DNA from: Patescibacteria group bacterium
GTDB lineage: Bacteria; Patescibacteriota; UBA1384; XYA2-FULL-43-10
Direction of reading: 5' to 3'
DNA: 32,000 nucleotides
Assembly: GCA_041674405.1 (NCBI GenBank)
Contig: JBAYVT010000003.1
Location: forward strand, 60,001-92,000
The position numbers were made by a program, and so were the translations under genes. Of this stretch, positions 14,890 through 23,657 are shown piece after piece (within the stretch, counting starts at the first letter, position 1; the number at the start of each line of letters is the position of its first letter). The notes under the pieces are model-generated. The model saw only the letters and a list, made by a program, of their open reading frames with translations, did not search any database and was not told where the DNA came from.

Positions 14890-16911
14890 TTAGATCGTTT
14901 CCGGCGCCGTGAATTGGCTATTGTATAGAGAAGCGTAAAAGCCGTTTTTCTTAAGAAGTTCAGGGTGTGTTCCCTGCTCGACAATATTGCCGTCGCGCAT
15001 CACTAAAATTAAATCGGCTTCGCGAATTGTTGAGAGACGATGAGCGATAACAAAGCTGGTTTTATCCTTCATCAAATTTTCCATCGCTTTCTGGATCAAA
15101 ATTTCTGTTCGAGTATCGACTGAGCTTGTCGCTTCATCGAGGATTAGCATTGGAGTCTTGGCGAGCATCGCCCGGGCGATAGTTAAGAGCTGTTTTTCAC
15201 CCTGGGAAATATTGTCGGCCTCTTCGTTAATCTCCGCCTTGTATCCTTCGGGAAGAGCGTGAATGAAGTGATCAGCATGCGCCGCCTTGGCTGCCTCAAT
15301 GATATCTTCTTCCCTCGCATTAAGTTTACCATAGGCAATGTTATCACGGATCGAGCCATTGAAAAGCCAGGTGTCCTGTAAAACCATGCCAAAAGTTTTT
15401 CGGACATCGGCGCGTTTCATTTCGCGAATATCAATGCCATCAATTTTGATCGCGCCCTTATTTACATCGTAAAAGCGCATAAGAAGATTGACCATCGTCG
15501 TTTTACCGGCACCGGTCGGGCCGACGATAGCAACTTTCTGGCCGGGTTTAATATTGGCATTGAAGCCCTTGATGATTACTTTGTCCGGGTTATAGCCAAA
15601 AACAACATTATTAAACTCCACGCCACCTTTCACCTTATCAATAACAACAGGGTTAGCTGCTTCGGGAACTTCCTCAGTTTCATCTAAGAATTCAAAAACG
15701 CGTTCAGCCGCAGCAGCCGTTGACTGCATCACATTGGCAATCGTCGCTGATTGTGCAATCGGCTGATTAAATTGATTCATGTATTGAATGAATGCTTGAA
15801 TGTCTCCAATTTGTAACCTTCCCTTAAAAGCAAGCCAGCCACCCAAAACGGAAATGCCGACAAATCCAAGATTACCGATAAAATTCATAATCGGGAACAA
15901 AAGACCAGATAAAAACTGTGACTTCCAGGCGCTATCGAAGAGTTTATTGTTAATTTTCTTGAATTTCTCAACTGAACGTTTCTCGCCGTTAAAAACTCTC
16001 ACTACATTATGGCCGGCATACATTTCTTCAACATGGCCATTCAAATGCCCGAGTTGATCTTGTTGTTCTTTAAAGAAATGTTGGGACTTTTTGACGATAG
16101 AAGCAATTAGCCCAAAGCTAATCGGCAAAATCACAAGCGCGACCAGAGTAAGCAACCATGAGATTGTAAACATCATTATAATGATGCCGATGATCATCGT
16201 GACTGCAGTGACCGTCTGGGTCAAACCTTGGGTTAGAGTTTGACTTACTGTATCGACATCATTGGTAACGCGCGATAAAACCTCACCATAGGTGCGCGAA
16301 TCGAAATACTTGAGCGGCATTCGGTTAATTTTTTCCGAAATATCACGCCGGAATTGATACGTGATTTTCTGCGAAACTCCGGTCATAATCCACCCTTGAA
16401 TATAGGTAAATATGGATGAAAGAAGAACCAGTATGAGAAGAATGATCGCGATATGCCTAACCTTGGAAAAATTAATACTCGGGCGATGCGTGAGATCTAG
16501 ATTTGTGATGCGATCACGAATATTTGAAGGAATTTTGGAAACCATATCCTGTGGTAAATTCTTGATGAATTGGCCTCCGGTTGTTCCAGAAGGCACGGTC
16601 ACGCCCTTTGGTAAAGAACCGATTATTGCGTCATAAGCCTTCATGTCAATGAAATCGGATACGACTTGGTTGGTCATATTGCCCAATATTTTCGGAGAAA
16701 GGATCGAAAATATTGTCGAAGCAATAGCAAAGATGAAAACGACGACGATTGTTACCAAAAATGGGCGCATGTAGGCGAGAAGTTTTTGCATCGTTTTCTT
16801 AAAATTCTTTGGTTTTTCCGCCATCATGCCCATGGCGTGCCCTGGCCCGCCCATTGGCCCGCCGCCACGCTTTTTTGGCGCTTCCGTTTTTGGAGTATCT
16901 TTGTCTGTCAT
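14890..16911 (-). CDS. ABC exporter permease/ATPase, consensus-site half of a heterodimer
   Basis: 6-TM domain plus NBD. Walker A is GPTGAGKTT, Walker B is LILDEATSSVD (catalytic Glu present), and the signature is deviant (ISQGEKQ). ATGA overlap with the upstream partner. Confidence 0.92.
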   Translation of the reverse strand: MTDKDTPKTEAPKKRGGGPMGGPGHAMGMMAEKPKNFKKTMQKLLAYMRPFLVTIVVVFIFAIASTIFSILSPKILGNMTNQVVSDFIDMKAYDAIIGSLPKGVTVPSGTTGGQFIKNLPQDMVSKIPSNIRDRITNLDLTHRPSINFSKVRHIAIILLILVLLSSIFTYIQGWIMTGVSQKITYQFRRDISEKINRMPLKYFDSRTYGEVLSRVTNDVDTVSQTLTQGLTQTVTAVTMIIGIIIMMFTISWLLTLVALVILPISFGLIASIVKKSQHFFKEQQDQLGHLNGHVEEMYAGHNVVRVFNGEKRSVEKFKKINNKLFDSAWKSQFLSGLLFPIMNFIGNLGFVGISVLGGWLAFKGRLQIGDIQAFIQYMNQFNQPIAQSATIANVMQSTAAAAERVFEFLDETEEVPEAANPVVIDKVKGGVEFNNVVFGYNPDKVIIKGFNANIKPGQKVAIVGPTGAGKTTMVNLLMRFYDVNKGAIKIDGIDIREMKRADVRKTFGMVLQDTWLFNGSIRDNIAYGKLNAREEDIIEAAKAAHADHFIHALPEGYKAEINEEADNISQGEKQLLTIARAMLAKTPMLILDEATSSVDTRTEILIQKAMENLMKDKTSFVIAHRLSTIREADLILVMRDGNIVEQGTHPELLKKNGFYASLYNSQFTAPETI

Positions 16912-18689
16912 TTTGCTCCCTTCGCGGCTAATTTTTCACCATCTAGGCTGACCTGATAGGCTGAAAGTTCGCCGGGAGAGAGCTGTGATGATGCAATTTC
17001 CCGATAAATATCGCTGGTCTTCATCAGCTCCGAATGAGTCCCCTGCCCAACAATTTTGCCATCATCGAGTACCAAAATTTTATCAGCAGACAATATCGTT
17101 GAAATTCGTTGGGCAACGATCAAAATCGTTTTATTCTTGACCTCTTTTTTGAGTGCCTTTCGAAGCGCTGCATCAGTTTTGAAATCAAGGGCAGAAAAAC
17201 TGTCATCAAAAATATAAATTTCCGGTTTGTGGATTATTGCCCTCGCAATGGAAAGCCGTTGTTTTTGGCCGCCGGAAACATTGTGACCGCCCTGGGCAAT
17301 ATTAGATTTATATTTATCAGACAGATCTTTTATAAATTCCTTGGCTTGGGCAATTTCTGCCATTTTTCTCACTTCGGATTCCGATGCCTTTGGCGCACCG
17401 TATTTTATGTTGCTCTCGATTGTACCGGAGAAAAGAACGCCCTTTTGCGGCACATAACCGATTTTGGAATACAGATCTTCAAGTTTCATTTTGCGGACAT
17501 TGATTCCATCAATCAAAATTTCGCCGGATGTAACATCATAAAATCTTGGGATCAGAGAAATCAAAGTGGTTTTTCCCGAACCGGTCGAGCCAATGATAGC
17601 GGTTGTTTCACCTGGATTAGCGACAAAAGAAATGTTGCAAAGCGCCGCCTCATCTGCGCTTTTGTATTTGAAAGTTACATCTTTAAATTCAACCAAACCC
17701 CTGCCTACTTTTGCAACTTTAACGGGCTTTTTTGGATCCGCAATCGTGGGCTTAGTTTCCAAAATCTCAGAGATCCGGGCACCAGAAACCGAGGCACGTG
17801 GCACCATGATAAACATAAATGAAAGCAAAAGGAATGACATTATAACTTGCATCGCATATTGCATGAAGGCGAGCATGTTCCCTACCTCTAAATTCCCGGA
17901 ACCGATTAGGTGGGCACCAAACCAGATAATGGCAATTGCAGTCAAATTGAAAATAAGCATCATTGCCGGTTGCATTATAACCATTACCTGGTTTACAAAT
18001 AGATTGGTATTGGTAAGGTCAACATTGGCTTTCTCAAATTTATTTTCTTCAATATGTTCATTATTGAAAGCACGAATAACGCGTAACCCTGTAAGATTCT
18101 GGCGCGTGACCATGTTGAGTTTATCAACAAGCTTCTGCAAAAGCTGAAATTTCGGTAGAGCAATAGTAAAAAGCACAATAATCACACCAATTAAAATGCA
18201 TACAGCAAGCGCAATAATCCAGCTCATTGACGGAGCCAGATCATAGGCCTTTATGATTGCGCCAACGCCCATAATCGGTGCCTGCAAAACCATGCGTAGC
18301 AATAACACTAAAACCATTTGAATCTGCTGAATATCGTTGGTCGATCGTGTAATTAATGAAGCAGTGGAAAATTTATTAAATTCAGAGAGCGAAAAACTTT
18401 CGACTTGAGAGAAAACCTTGTTTCTAATATCCATTGAGTAACCGGTGGCAACTCGAGCAGCAAAATAGCCAACACCGATTGTGGCCACACCTCCCAAAAG
18501 TGAATATAGGAGCATGGTCAATCCGGTAGAGAGAATAACATTATTGTTATTTAAAACAATACCTTCGTTTATGATCTTTGCCATGTAATCCGGAAGAAGA
18601 AGAGTGGTATAAACAGAGACTGACACCAAAATAAACAGAGCAACAATCTGCCAAATATATGGCTTCAAATATTTAAGAATTTTCAACAT
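16908..18689 (-). CDS. ABC exporter permease/ATPase, degenerate-site half of a heterodimer
   Basis: Walker A is GSTGSGKTT, the signature is canonical (VSGGQKQ), and Walker B is IYIFDDSFSALD (Asp replaces the catalytic Glu). Confidence 0.92.
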   Translation of the reverse strand: MLKILKYLKPYIWQIVALFILVSVSVYTTLLLPDYMAKIINEGIVLNNNNVILSTGLTMLLYSLLGGVATIGVGYFAARVATGYSMDIRNKVFSQVESFSLSEFNKFSTASLITRSTNDIQQIQMVLVLLLRMVLQAPIMGVGAIIKAYDLAPSMSWIIALAVCILIGVIIVLFTIALPKFQLLQKLVDKLNMVTRQNLTGLRVIRAFNNEHIEENKFEKANVDLTNTNLFVNQVMVIMQPAMMLIFNLTAIAIIWFGAHLIGSGNLEVGNMLAFMQYAMQVIMSFLLLSFMFIMVPRASVSGARISEILETKPTIADPKKPVKVAKVGRGLVEFKDVTFKYKSADEAALCNISFVANPGETTAIIGSTGSGKTTLISLIPRFYDVTSGEILIDGINVRKMKLEDLYSKIGYVPQKGVLFSGTIESNIKYGAPKASESEVRKMAEIAQAKEFIKDLSDKYKSNIAQGGHNVSGGQKQRLSIARAIIHKPEIYIFDDSFSALDFKTDAALRKALKKEVKNKTILIVAQRISTILSADKILVLDDGKIVGQGTHSELMKTSDIYREIASSQLSPGELSAYQVSLDGEKLAAKGAK

Positions 18690-18782
18690 AGATCATTATT
18701 TTACTACTCTTGGCAGCCAAGGTCAAGAGAGGCTAAAGCTTAAGATCACTAGCTAATTTTCATCCAAGCCGGAAATCTTTTG

Positions 18783-19670
18783 TTAGAAATGGAGAGTCTC
18801 AATGGAAGTATCAATCTCGTCCATGTATTTTGCAAAACTTAGTGACTCTCGAGGAGTTGTTGTCATAAGGCTAACAAAATCTGCATGAACTTTTTTGTCT
18901 TGCGCATCAGTTGGGCTCGTTCCATATTGCTTGGAAAGAGTGGCCACTTCGGTAGAGAACGATGTTAATTGCCGGTTTATCTCAATAATCGCATCGTGAT
19001 CGGGATTATAAACAAATGCATGATATTCAATCGGTATACCGTAATCCTGGCTATGCGTACCGATCATTGCAACACCTTTGGATTTTCCATCCGTGCTTTT
19101 CAAATAATCCATATAAACCCTATCAGCCTTGGCATAGGTCAAAAATTCAACGCTGTATTTATTTAGATCATTCTTGATATTATCGGTCAATTTACCGGCA
19201 TTATACAAGTCCTTTACCGCCGCAAGGAGGGATACCCTATCGGAAGCAGACAACTGATACGGCTCGTCACTTCCTGCGCCTTTTACCCATTCGGAAATTT
19301 TATATTCATTTATTACCCCATATACTTCCCCGCCTTTGTTTATAGCATATGTCGTAATTTGAGTCGAAACTCCTGAAGTATCAGCCTCTTTGGTCAGGGT
19401 CCAAGAATCCGGATATTTAAGAGTACCATTTGTGAGCGGAAGAGTTAGTGTTTTCCAGTTTGAAGTGTCGACAACAGCTTGAGAGGATAAAGAATTTTCG
19501 GATGACGAAGAGTTTGAACTTTTTGCATTAATTTTTGCATTTAAATCATCAACCTGTGACTGCAAATCGTTCTTTTCCTTCACATACTGGCTATTTAAAT
19601 AATAGTAGCCGCCGGCCCCGAGAGCTGCCATTACAACTACTGTGATAATCACGATCCAAATTGGTTTCAT
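18783..19670 (-). CDS. hypothetical N-terminally anchored extracytoplasmic protein
   Basis: 295 aa with a TM helix (IWIVIITVVVMAALGAGGYYY), a coiled-coil-like segment, a Ser-rich linker and a domain I do not recognise. GGAGGG SD is present. Confidence 0.6.
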   Translation of the reverse strand: MKPIWIVIITVVVMAALGAGGYYYLNSQYVKEKNDLQSQVDDLNAKINAKSSNSSSSENSLSSQAVVDTSNWKTLTLPLTNGTLKYPDSWTLTKEADTSGVSTQITTYAINKGGEVYGVINEYKISEWVKGAGSDEPYQLSASDRVSLLAAVKDLYNAGKLTDNIKNDLNKYSVEFLTYAKADRVYMDYLKSTDGKSKGVAMIGTHSQDYGIPIEYHAFVYNPDHDAIIEINRQLTSFSTEVATLSKQYGTSPTDAQDKKVHADFVSLMTTTPRESLSFAKYMDEIDTSIETLHF

Positions 19671-19721
19671 ATCCCTCCTGTTTTATGTTCCTGCTACTAT
19701 TATAGTTTTTTTGCAAGCAAT

Positions 19722-19752
19722 ATCAAAACGGCTCACCGTGAGCCGTTTTGAT
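19722..19752. terminator. near-perfect 31-nt palindromic hairpin
   Basis: ATCAAAACGGCTCAC-c-GTGAGCCGTTTTGAT. Confidence 0.5.
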
Positions 19753-19836
19753 CATTTATTTTTAAAAAATTTAGAATCCGTATGTACTTAAATTTTACAT
19801 TTAGGCCAATTTTGCAAAAAATAGTATTGATTCAAA

Positions 19837-19879
19837 GCGGGATACTAAGCGCTGGAGGGGGTAGCGCTTAGTATCCCGC
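19837..19879 (-). terminator. 17-bp perfect hairpin downstream of the 182-aa gene
   Basis: GCGGGATACTAAGCGCT (19837-19853), loop ggagggggt, then AGCGCTTAGTATCCCGC (19863-19879). In the minus sense it is followed by TTTGAATCAATACTATTTTTT. Confidence 0.6.
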
Positions 19880-19924
19880 TCCCCTTTGCTGCAAGCTAAA
19901 AGATATCACTTATCAGCTTGCGGC

Positions 19925-20449
19925 TTATTGCGTTACTTGAATCACGACCGCTTGAATAACTCCGTTCGAATTCGGCCGGCCACGAACGATTATTTGGTCA
20001 TCAACCTTAAGATCGCCTTTGGAGATTATTTTCCCGTCTGCGTTATAAATAGAAGTTGAGTCAAGAATTGCGACTGAAGTATCGGAACTGCCGTTAGTCA
20101 TAGTCAAATTATCGCCATTTACAGCGGTAATTTTTCCTTCATGCCCGCCTCGTCGCATGCCGGATTCCCGCATCCCGCCGTTGCGATATTCACCCATCAT
20201 ATTGTCACCAAATCCGCCCATCATGTCCGGCCCTGTTCGTTCAACCGACACTCTTTCAAATTTTCGCTCACTGTGGCCATGAAAAAAGGCATGTCCTACA
20301 GCCGCCATTCCACCAACCAAAATTACAACCGCGATTATTGCCAAAGTGATAATTGCCGCTTTGTTGTGGTGGCGGTATTTATCCTCGAATTTCGGGGAAA
20401 TTTTTTCTTCTTTCGGGCCTGGTTTTTCCTCAATTTTATCTTCTTGCAT
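19925..20449 (-). CDS. hypothetical membrane-anchored protein with His/Met/Gly-rich linker and C-terminal beta-rich domain (DUF5666-like?)
   Basis: The ORF track starts at GTG 20473. The ATG at 20449 has an AAGGAG SD and is preferred. TM helix AAIITLAIIAVVILVGGMAAV, followed by HAFFHGHSERKF..MMGGFGDNMMGEYRNGGMRESGMRRGGHEG. Confidence 0.55.
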   Translation of the reverse strand: MQEDKIEEKPGPKEEKISPKFEDKYRHHNKAAIITLAIIAVVILVGGMAAVGHAFFHGHSERKFERVSVERTGPDMMGGFGDNMMGEYRNGGMRESGMRRGGHEGKITAVNGDNLTMTNGSSDTSVAILDSTSIYNADGKIISKGDLKVDDQIIVRGRPNSNGVIQAVVIQVTQ

Positions 20450-20598
20450 TTGCTCCTTTCCGGTGCCCAGCACCAGATCAGCTGATGCTGGGACCTGTTC
20501 TAATGAAGTATGAATATATAGTATAAAAAGAGTCTGAGAAATGGCTTAGTATGTTTGTCAAATTTTGGCTAATCATATTCATTCATATCTGTCACCCC

Positions 20599-20623
20599 AA
20601 AAACCACACAAGTGTGGTTTTTT
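20599..20623. terminator. intrinsic terminator after the histidine kinase
   Basis: aaaaaCCACAcaagTGTGGtttttt. Confidence 0.6.
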
Positions 20624-20648
20624 AAGTATTAACGGACATTTCTCTGGA

Positions 20649-21701
20649 TTAATAAAGAGGCAGATTGACTGTGAAGGTGCTGCCCTCATTGGGTTTTGAG
20701 TCGGCAGAAATAGCTCCACCATGTAGTTCTACTATGCGTTTGGCAATTGAGAGCCCAAGGCCATAACTTTTTGTTTTGTCTTTTGATCTAGAAGAATCGG
20801 CCCGGTAGAAACGACCAAAAATATGCGGCAGATCAGAAGGCTCGATACCAACACCCTGATCCTTGATTTTAATTTCGGCATGCTGGTGTTCCTTTTTTAT
20901 CATGATAGATATTTTTGACTCCTCTGGGCTGTATTTGATCGCGTTATCAAGAAGTATGACAAACAATTCAATCAAGCTCGGCCTATCACCCTTAACTTTG
21001 GCTTCGGCAAAATCATTTTCAAAACTTATTTTTTTGCTTTTGGCAATTTTTTCAATTTTTTCATAGGCCTCAACAGCAACTTCTGACAAAGAAATTTCTT
21101 TGAATTCTTTGTGCGAGTTATCTTCATATTTTGCCAGTTTCAAAAGGGCGTTAGATAGCGTTTCCAATTTTCCAATTTCTTCCAAGTTGCTATTTAGTAG
21201 TTTTTTCGCTTCGCTCAAACTGATTTTTTGGTCGCGCAGGTTCACCTCAATTTCTGATCTCATGGCCGTAAGCGGGGTTTTTAGTTCATGAGAAGCGTCG
21301 GCAGCAAAACGGCTTTGTGCCAACATCATATCTTCGATCGGCTTTAGAGCCCTTTGCGCAAAATAGTACGATAAGAGTGACGACAAAACCAAAATTAACA
21401 GATTGAAGTAGATTAGATTCAATTGCAGGCGACCATTGGTTTCATCGATCTGTTCGTCGCGAATTTTTTCAAGTTCAGAGATGATCGGATTGCAGTTAAC
21501 TTCTTCGCAAACGTTTTGCGAAGGTTGAATATTTTTTAAAATTCCGGTTTGGCGCCTTAAGCCCTGTCCGACCTCTCTGGCAGAAATTTGATAAATGGCC
21601 GCAGAAAAAGACACGCTAATGATCATAATGATCAAAACATAGAACAACGTAAGTTTAAGATAAGCGATTTTAAAATGCATAATAGATATCTCAAATTTCA
21701 A
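20649..21701 (-). CDS. sensor histidine kinase (2 TM, HisKA, HATPase_c)
   Basis: H-box ADASHELKTPLTAM, N-box LLDNAIKYSP, G1 DQGVGI and G2 GLGLSIAKRIV. Confidence 0.9.
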   Translation of the reverse strand: MKFEISIMHFKIAYLKLTLFYVLIIMIISVSFSAAIYQISAREVGQGLRRQTGILKNIQPSQNVCEEVNCNPIISELEKIRDEQIDETNGRLQLNLIYFNLLILVLSSLLSYYFAQRALKPIEDMMLAQSRFAADASHELKTPLTAMRSEIEVNLRDQKISLSEAKKLLNSNLEEIGKLETLSNALLKLAKYEDNSHKEFKEISLSEVAVEAYEKIEKIAKSKKISFENDFAEAKVKGDRPSLIELFVILLDNAIKYSPEESKISIMIKKEHQHAEIKIKDQGVGIEPSDLPHIFGRFYRADSSRSKDKTKSYGLGLSIAKRIVELHGGAISADSKPNEGSTFTVNLPLY

Positions 21702-21792
21702 ATATCAAAAGTCAAAGCTAATGTATTGTACTATATTATTTTTCGGATTTTAAGATGCAAATTTGAGATTTAAGGTTTGGGTTTTGAGCTAA

Positions 21793-22464
21793 TCAGCCTA
21801 TTTTGTATCCGAATCCTCTTACCGTCTGAATCAATTCCGGTTTTTTGGGGAATGGCTTATCGATTTTGTTTCGCAGGTAACCGATGTAAACCTCAACGGT
21901 ATTGGGCAAAATATCAGCATCGTAGTCCCAAACATGGGCGATAATGCTGTCTTTGGTCAAAATCCTTTTTGGATTTCTCATCATGTATTCCAATAGTGCA
22001 AATTCCTTGTTTGAAAGCAGAATTTTCTTCTCGCCACGCAATACATCGAATGTCGAAGTATTCAGGGTTAAGTCTTCGATTTTGAGGGTATCGGGGGTTA
22101 TTTCCTGTGGACGGCGCATCAGCGCGCGAACCCGAGCCAAAAGTTCTTCAAAGGCAAAAGGCTTGGTAAGATAGTCGTCCGCTCCTGCATTCAAACCCTC
22201 TACCCTGTCTTCAATCTTATCTTTGGCCGTGAGAATCAAAATAGGCGTATTATTTTTCTTGTCGCGTAAAGCTCGGCAGATATTTATTCCATCAACCCCG
22301 GGTAACATTCTGTCCAAGATTATCAGATCGTACTCAATCGTTGCGGCCTGGCCAAGCCCATCTTCCCCATCATAGGAAACATCAACAGCAAAAGATTCCT
22401 GGGAAAGCCCTTTTTTGATCGCATTTGCTATCTTATGATCGTCTTCGATTACTAATATCCGCAT
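21793..22464 (-). CDS. OmpR-family response regulator
   Basis: MRILVIEDD, ..ILDRMLP.., LTKPF. The C-terminal region reads LSNKEFALLEYMM ... VRGFGYKI. There is no SD upstream. Confidence 0.95.
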   Translation of the reverse strand: MRILVIEDDHKIANAIKKGLSQESFAVDVSYDGEDGLGQAATIEYDLIILDRMLPGVDGINICRALRDKKNNTPILILTAKDKIEDRVEGLNAGADDYLTKPFAFEELLARVRALMRRPQEITPDTLKIEDLTLNTSTFDVLRGEKKILLSNKEFALLEYMMRNPKRILTKDSIIAHVWDYDADILPNTVEVYIGYLRNKIDKPFPKKPELIQTVRGFGYKIG

Positions 22465-22475
22465 GTTTTTATCTT

Positions 22476-22568
22476 ATAACTAATATGTAACAACTAATAA
22501 TCTGTTGAATAATTTCCCTCAGTTTTTCGTTTAAAGCCCCGAAGAGACCATTGGGGTTATTAGTTCTA
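22476..22568 (+). repeat. structured repeat family, copy B
   Basis: The outer helix is AACTAATAATCT (22492-22503) pairing with GGGGTTATTAGTT (22553-22565). The core is degenerate (AGCCCCGAAGAGACCATTGGGG). The 5' prefix ATAACTAATATGTAACAACTAATAA is shared with copy A. Confidence 0.8.
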
Positions 22569-22627
22569 AGTTGATAATATACTATATTATCTGAGAAATT
22601 GCTGTGATTTTTAACTAAAAAGTTAAA

Positions 22628-22712
22628 TCTAATAACTAATATCCAAATGAATAATCTTCTTTGGTTTTTCGTTTTTCGCCCTGAAGGGGCCCCTTTGGGG
22701 TTATTAGTTTTA
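22628..22712 (+). repeat. structured repeat family, copy C
   Basis: AACTAATATCC (22634-22644) pairs with GGTTATTAGTT (22699-22709). The core is CGCCCTGAAGGGGCCCCTTTGGGG. Confidence 0.8.
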
Positions 22713-22754
22713 GGGTTAATATCTGTGCTAGAATAAGTTGTCTATAATTTTTGA

Positions 22755-22812
22755 AAGGTTCCTTTGGTTATTAGTTTTTTCGCCCCGACGGGGCCCCATT
22801 GGGGTTATTAGC
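22755..22812 (+). repeat. structured repeat family, copy D (two truncated 3' portions in tandem)
   Basis: GGTTCCTTTGGTTATTAGTT (22757-22776) is followed by TTTTCGCCCCGACGGGGCCCCATTGGGGTTATTAGC. Confidence 0.7.
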
Positions 22813-22825
22813 TGTTAGATAATTT

Positions 22826-23593
22826 ATGGAATATATTGAAAAATTTGGAAAAGCTGACCTTCATATTCATAGTACTTTTTCTGATGGCAGCAATTCAATC
22901 GAGGAAATTCTTGATTATACGGAAACAAAAACCGACCTCAATATCATAGCCATTTGCGATCATGATACGGTCGAAGGTGCATATTTGGCAAAAAAGATTG
23001 CTCATGAAAAAAATCTTAGAATAAAGGTTGTTATTGGCGAAGAAATCTCAACAAAGGAAGGACATGTGGTTGCTCTTTTTATCGAGAAAGCCATCCCCCC
23101 AGGTTTATCGCTGCCCGAAACATTAGATCAGATCGAATATCAAGGTGGTTTGGCAATCGCTCCTCATCCCATGTTTCACACTAGAGTTCGTGGTAAAGAT
23201 GAGGCGGTAATGGATGGAATCGGTTTTGTGAATTTGATCAAATACAAGGAGAAGTTCACCGGTGTTGAGATTGTGAATGCCACCCCTTGGATGGGACGCA
23301 AGAATTTAAATGCCCATTTTATAAATAGCTCTCTTGTGTTCAAATCGGAAACCGGCGGATCGGATGCCCATATTCTTGATGCGATCGGAAAGGGCTACAC
23401 GGCATTCGAGGGCAAAGATATTAAGAGCTTGAAATATGCACTTGAAGTCGGGCAGACGATTGCCATAGGTGTCCGCTGGAAAACATTGTCGCTTCTAAAA
23501 TATGCTTTCTTTTTTATCCCGAAAGGAATTCGTATTTTTTTCTTCACTCTGCTGCATGGTTTCACCAAAAAACGGCCACAAATCGATCTTTAA
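22826..23593 (+). CDS. PHP-domain (polymerase/histidinol phosphatase-like) metal-dependent phosphoesterase with C-terminal hydrophobic tail
   Basis: ADLHIHSTFSDG, ICDHDT, APHP and GGSDAH motifs. Confidence 0.8.
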   Translation: MEYIEKFGKADLHIHSTFSDGSNSIEEILDYTETKTDLNIIAICDHDTVEGAYLAKKIAHEKNLRIKVVIGEEISTKEGHVVALFIEKAIPPGLSLPETLDQIEYQGGLAIAPHPMFHTRVRGKDEAVMDGIGFVNLIKYKEKFTGVEIVNATPWMGRKNLNAHFINSSLVFKSETGGSDAHILDAIGKGYTAFEGKDIKSLKYALEVGQTIAIGVRWKTLSLLKYAFFFIPKGIRIFFFTLLHGFTKKRPQIDL

Positions 23594-23657
23594 GCATTAT
23601 CTCAATAAAGTTTTATATGATAATTTGTAAAGAATGCCTACTCCCTTGGGCATTCTT

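Noticed and set aside
17109-18147. Long plus-strand ORFs (237 aa and 193 aa) inside the ABC transporter genes.
   Set aside because: They lie antisense to a confidently identified ABC exporter. They are low-complexity, have no SD and resemble no family. They are typical shadow ORFs.
22465-22825. A CRISPR array, or the heptamer tract at 3822-3849 as a CRISPR-like repeat.
   Set aside because: The repeats are about 75-95 nt, imperfect, irregularly spaced and internally structured. There are no unique spacers of constant length and no cas genes in the window.
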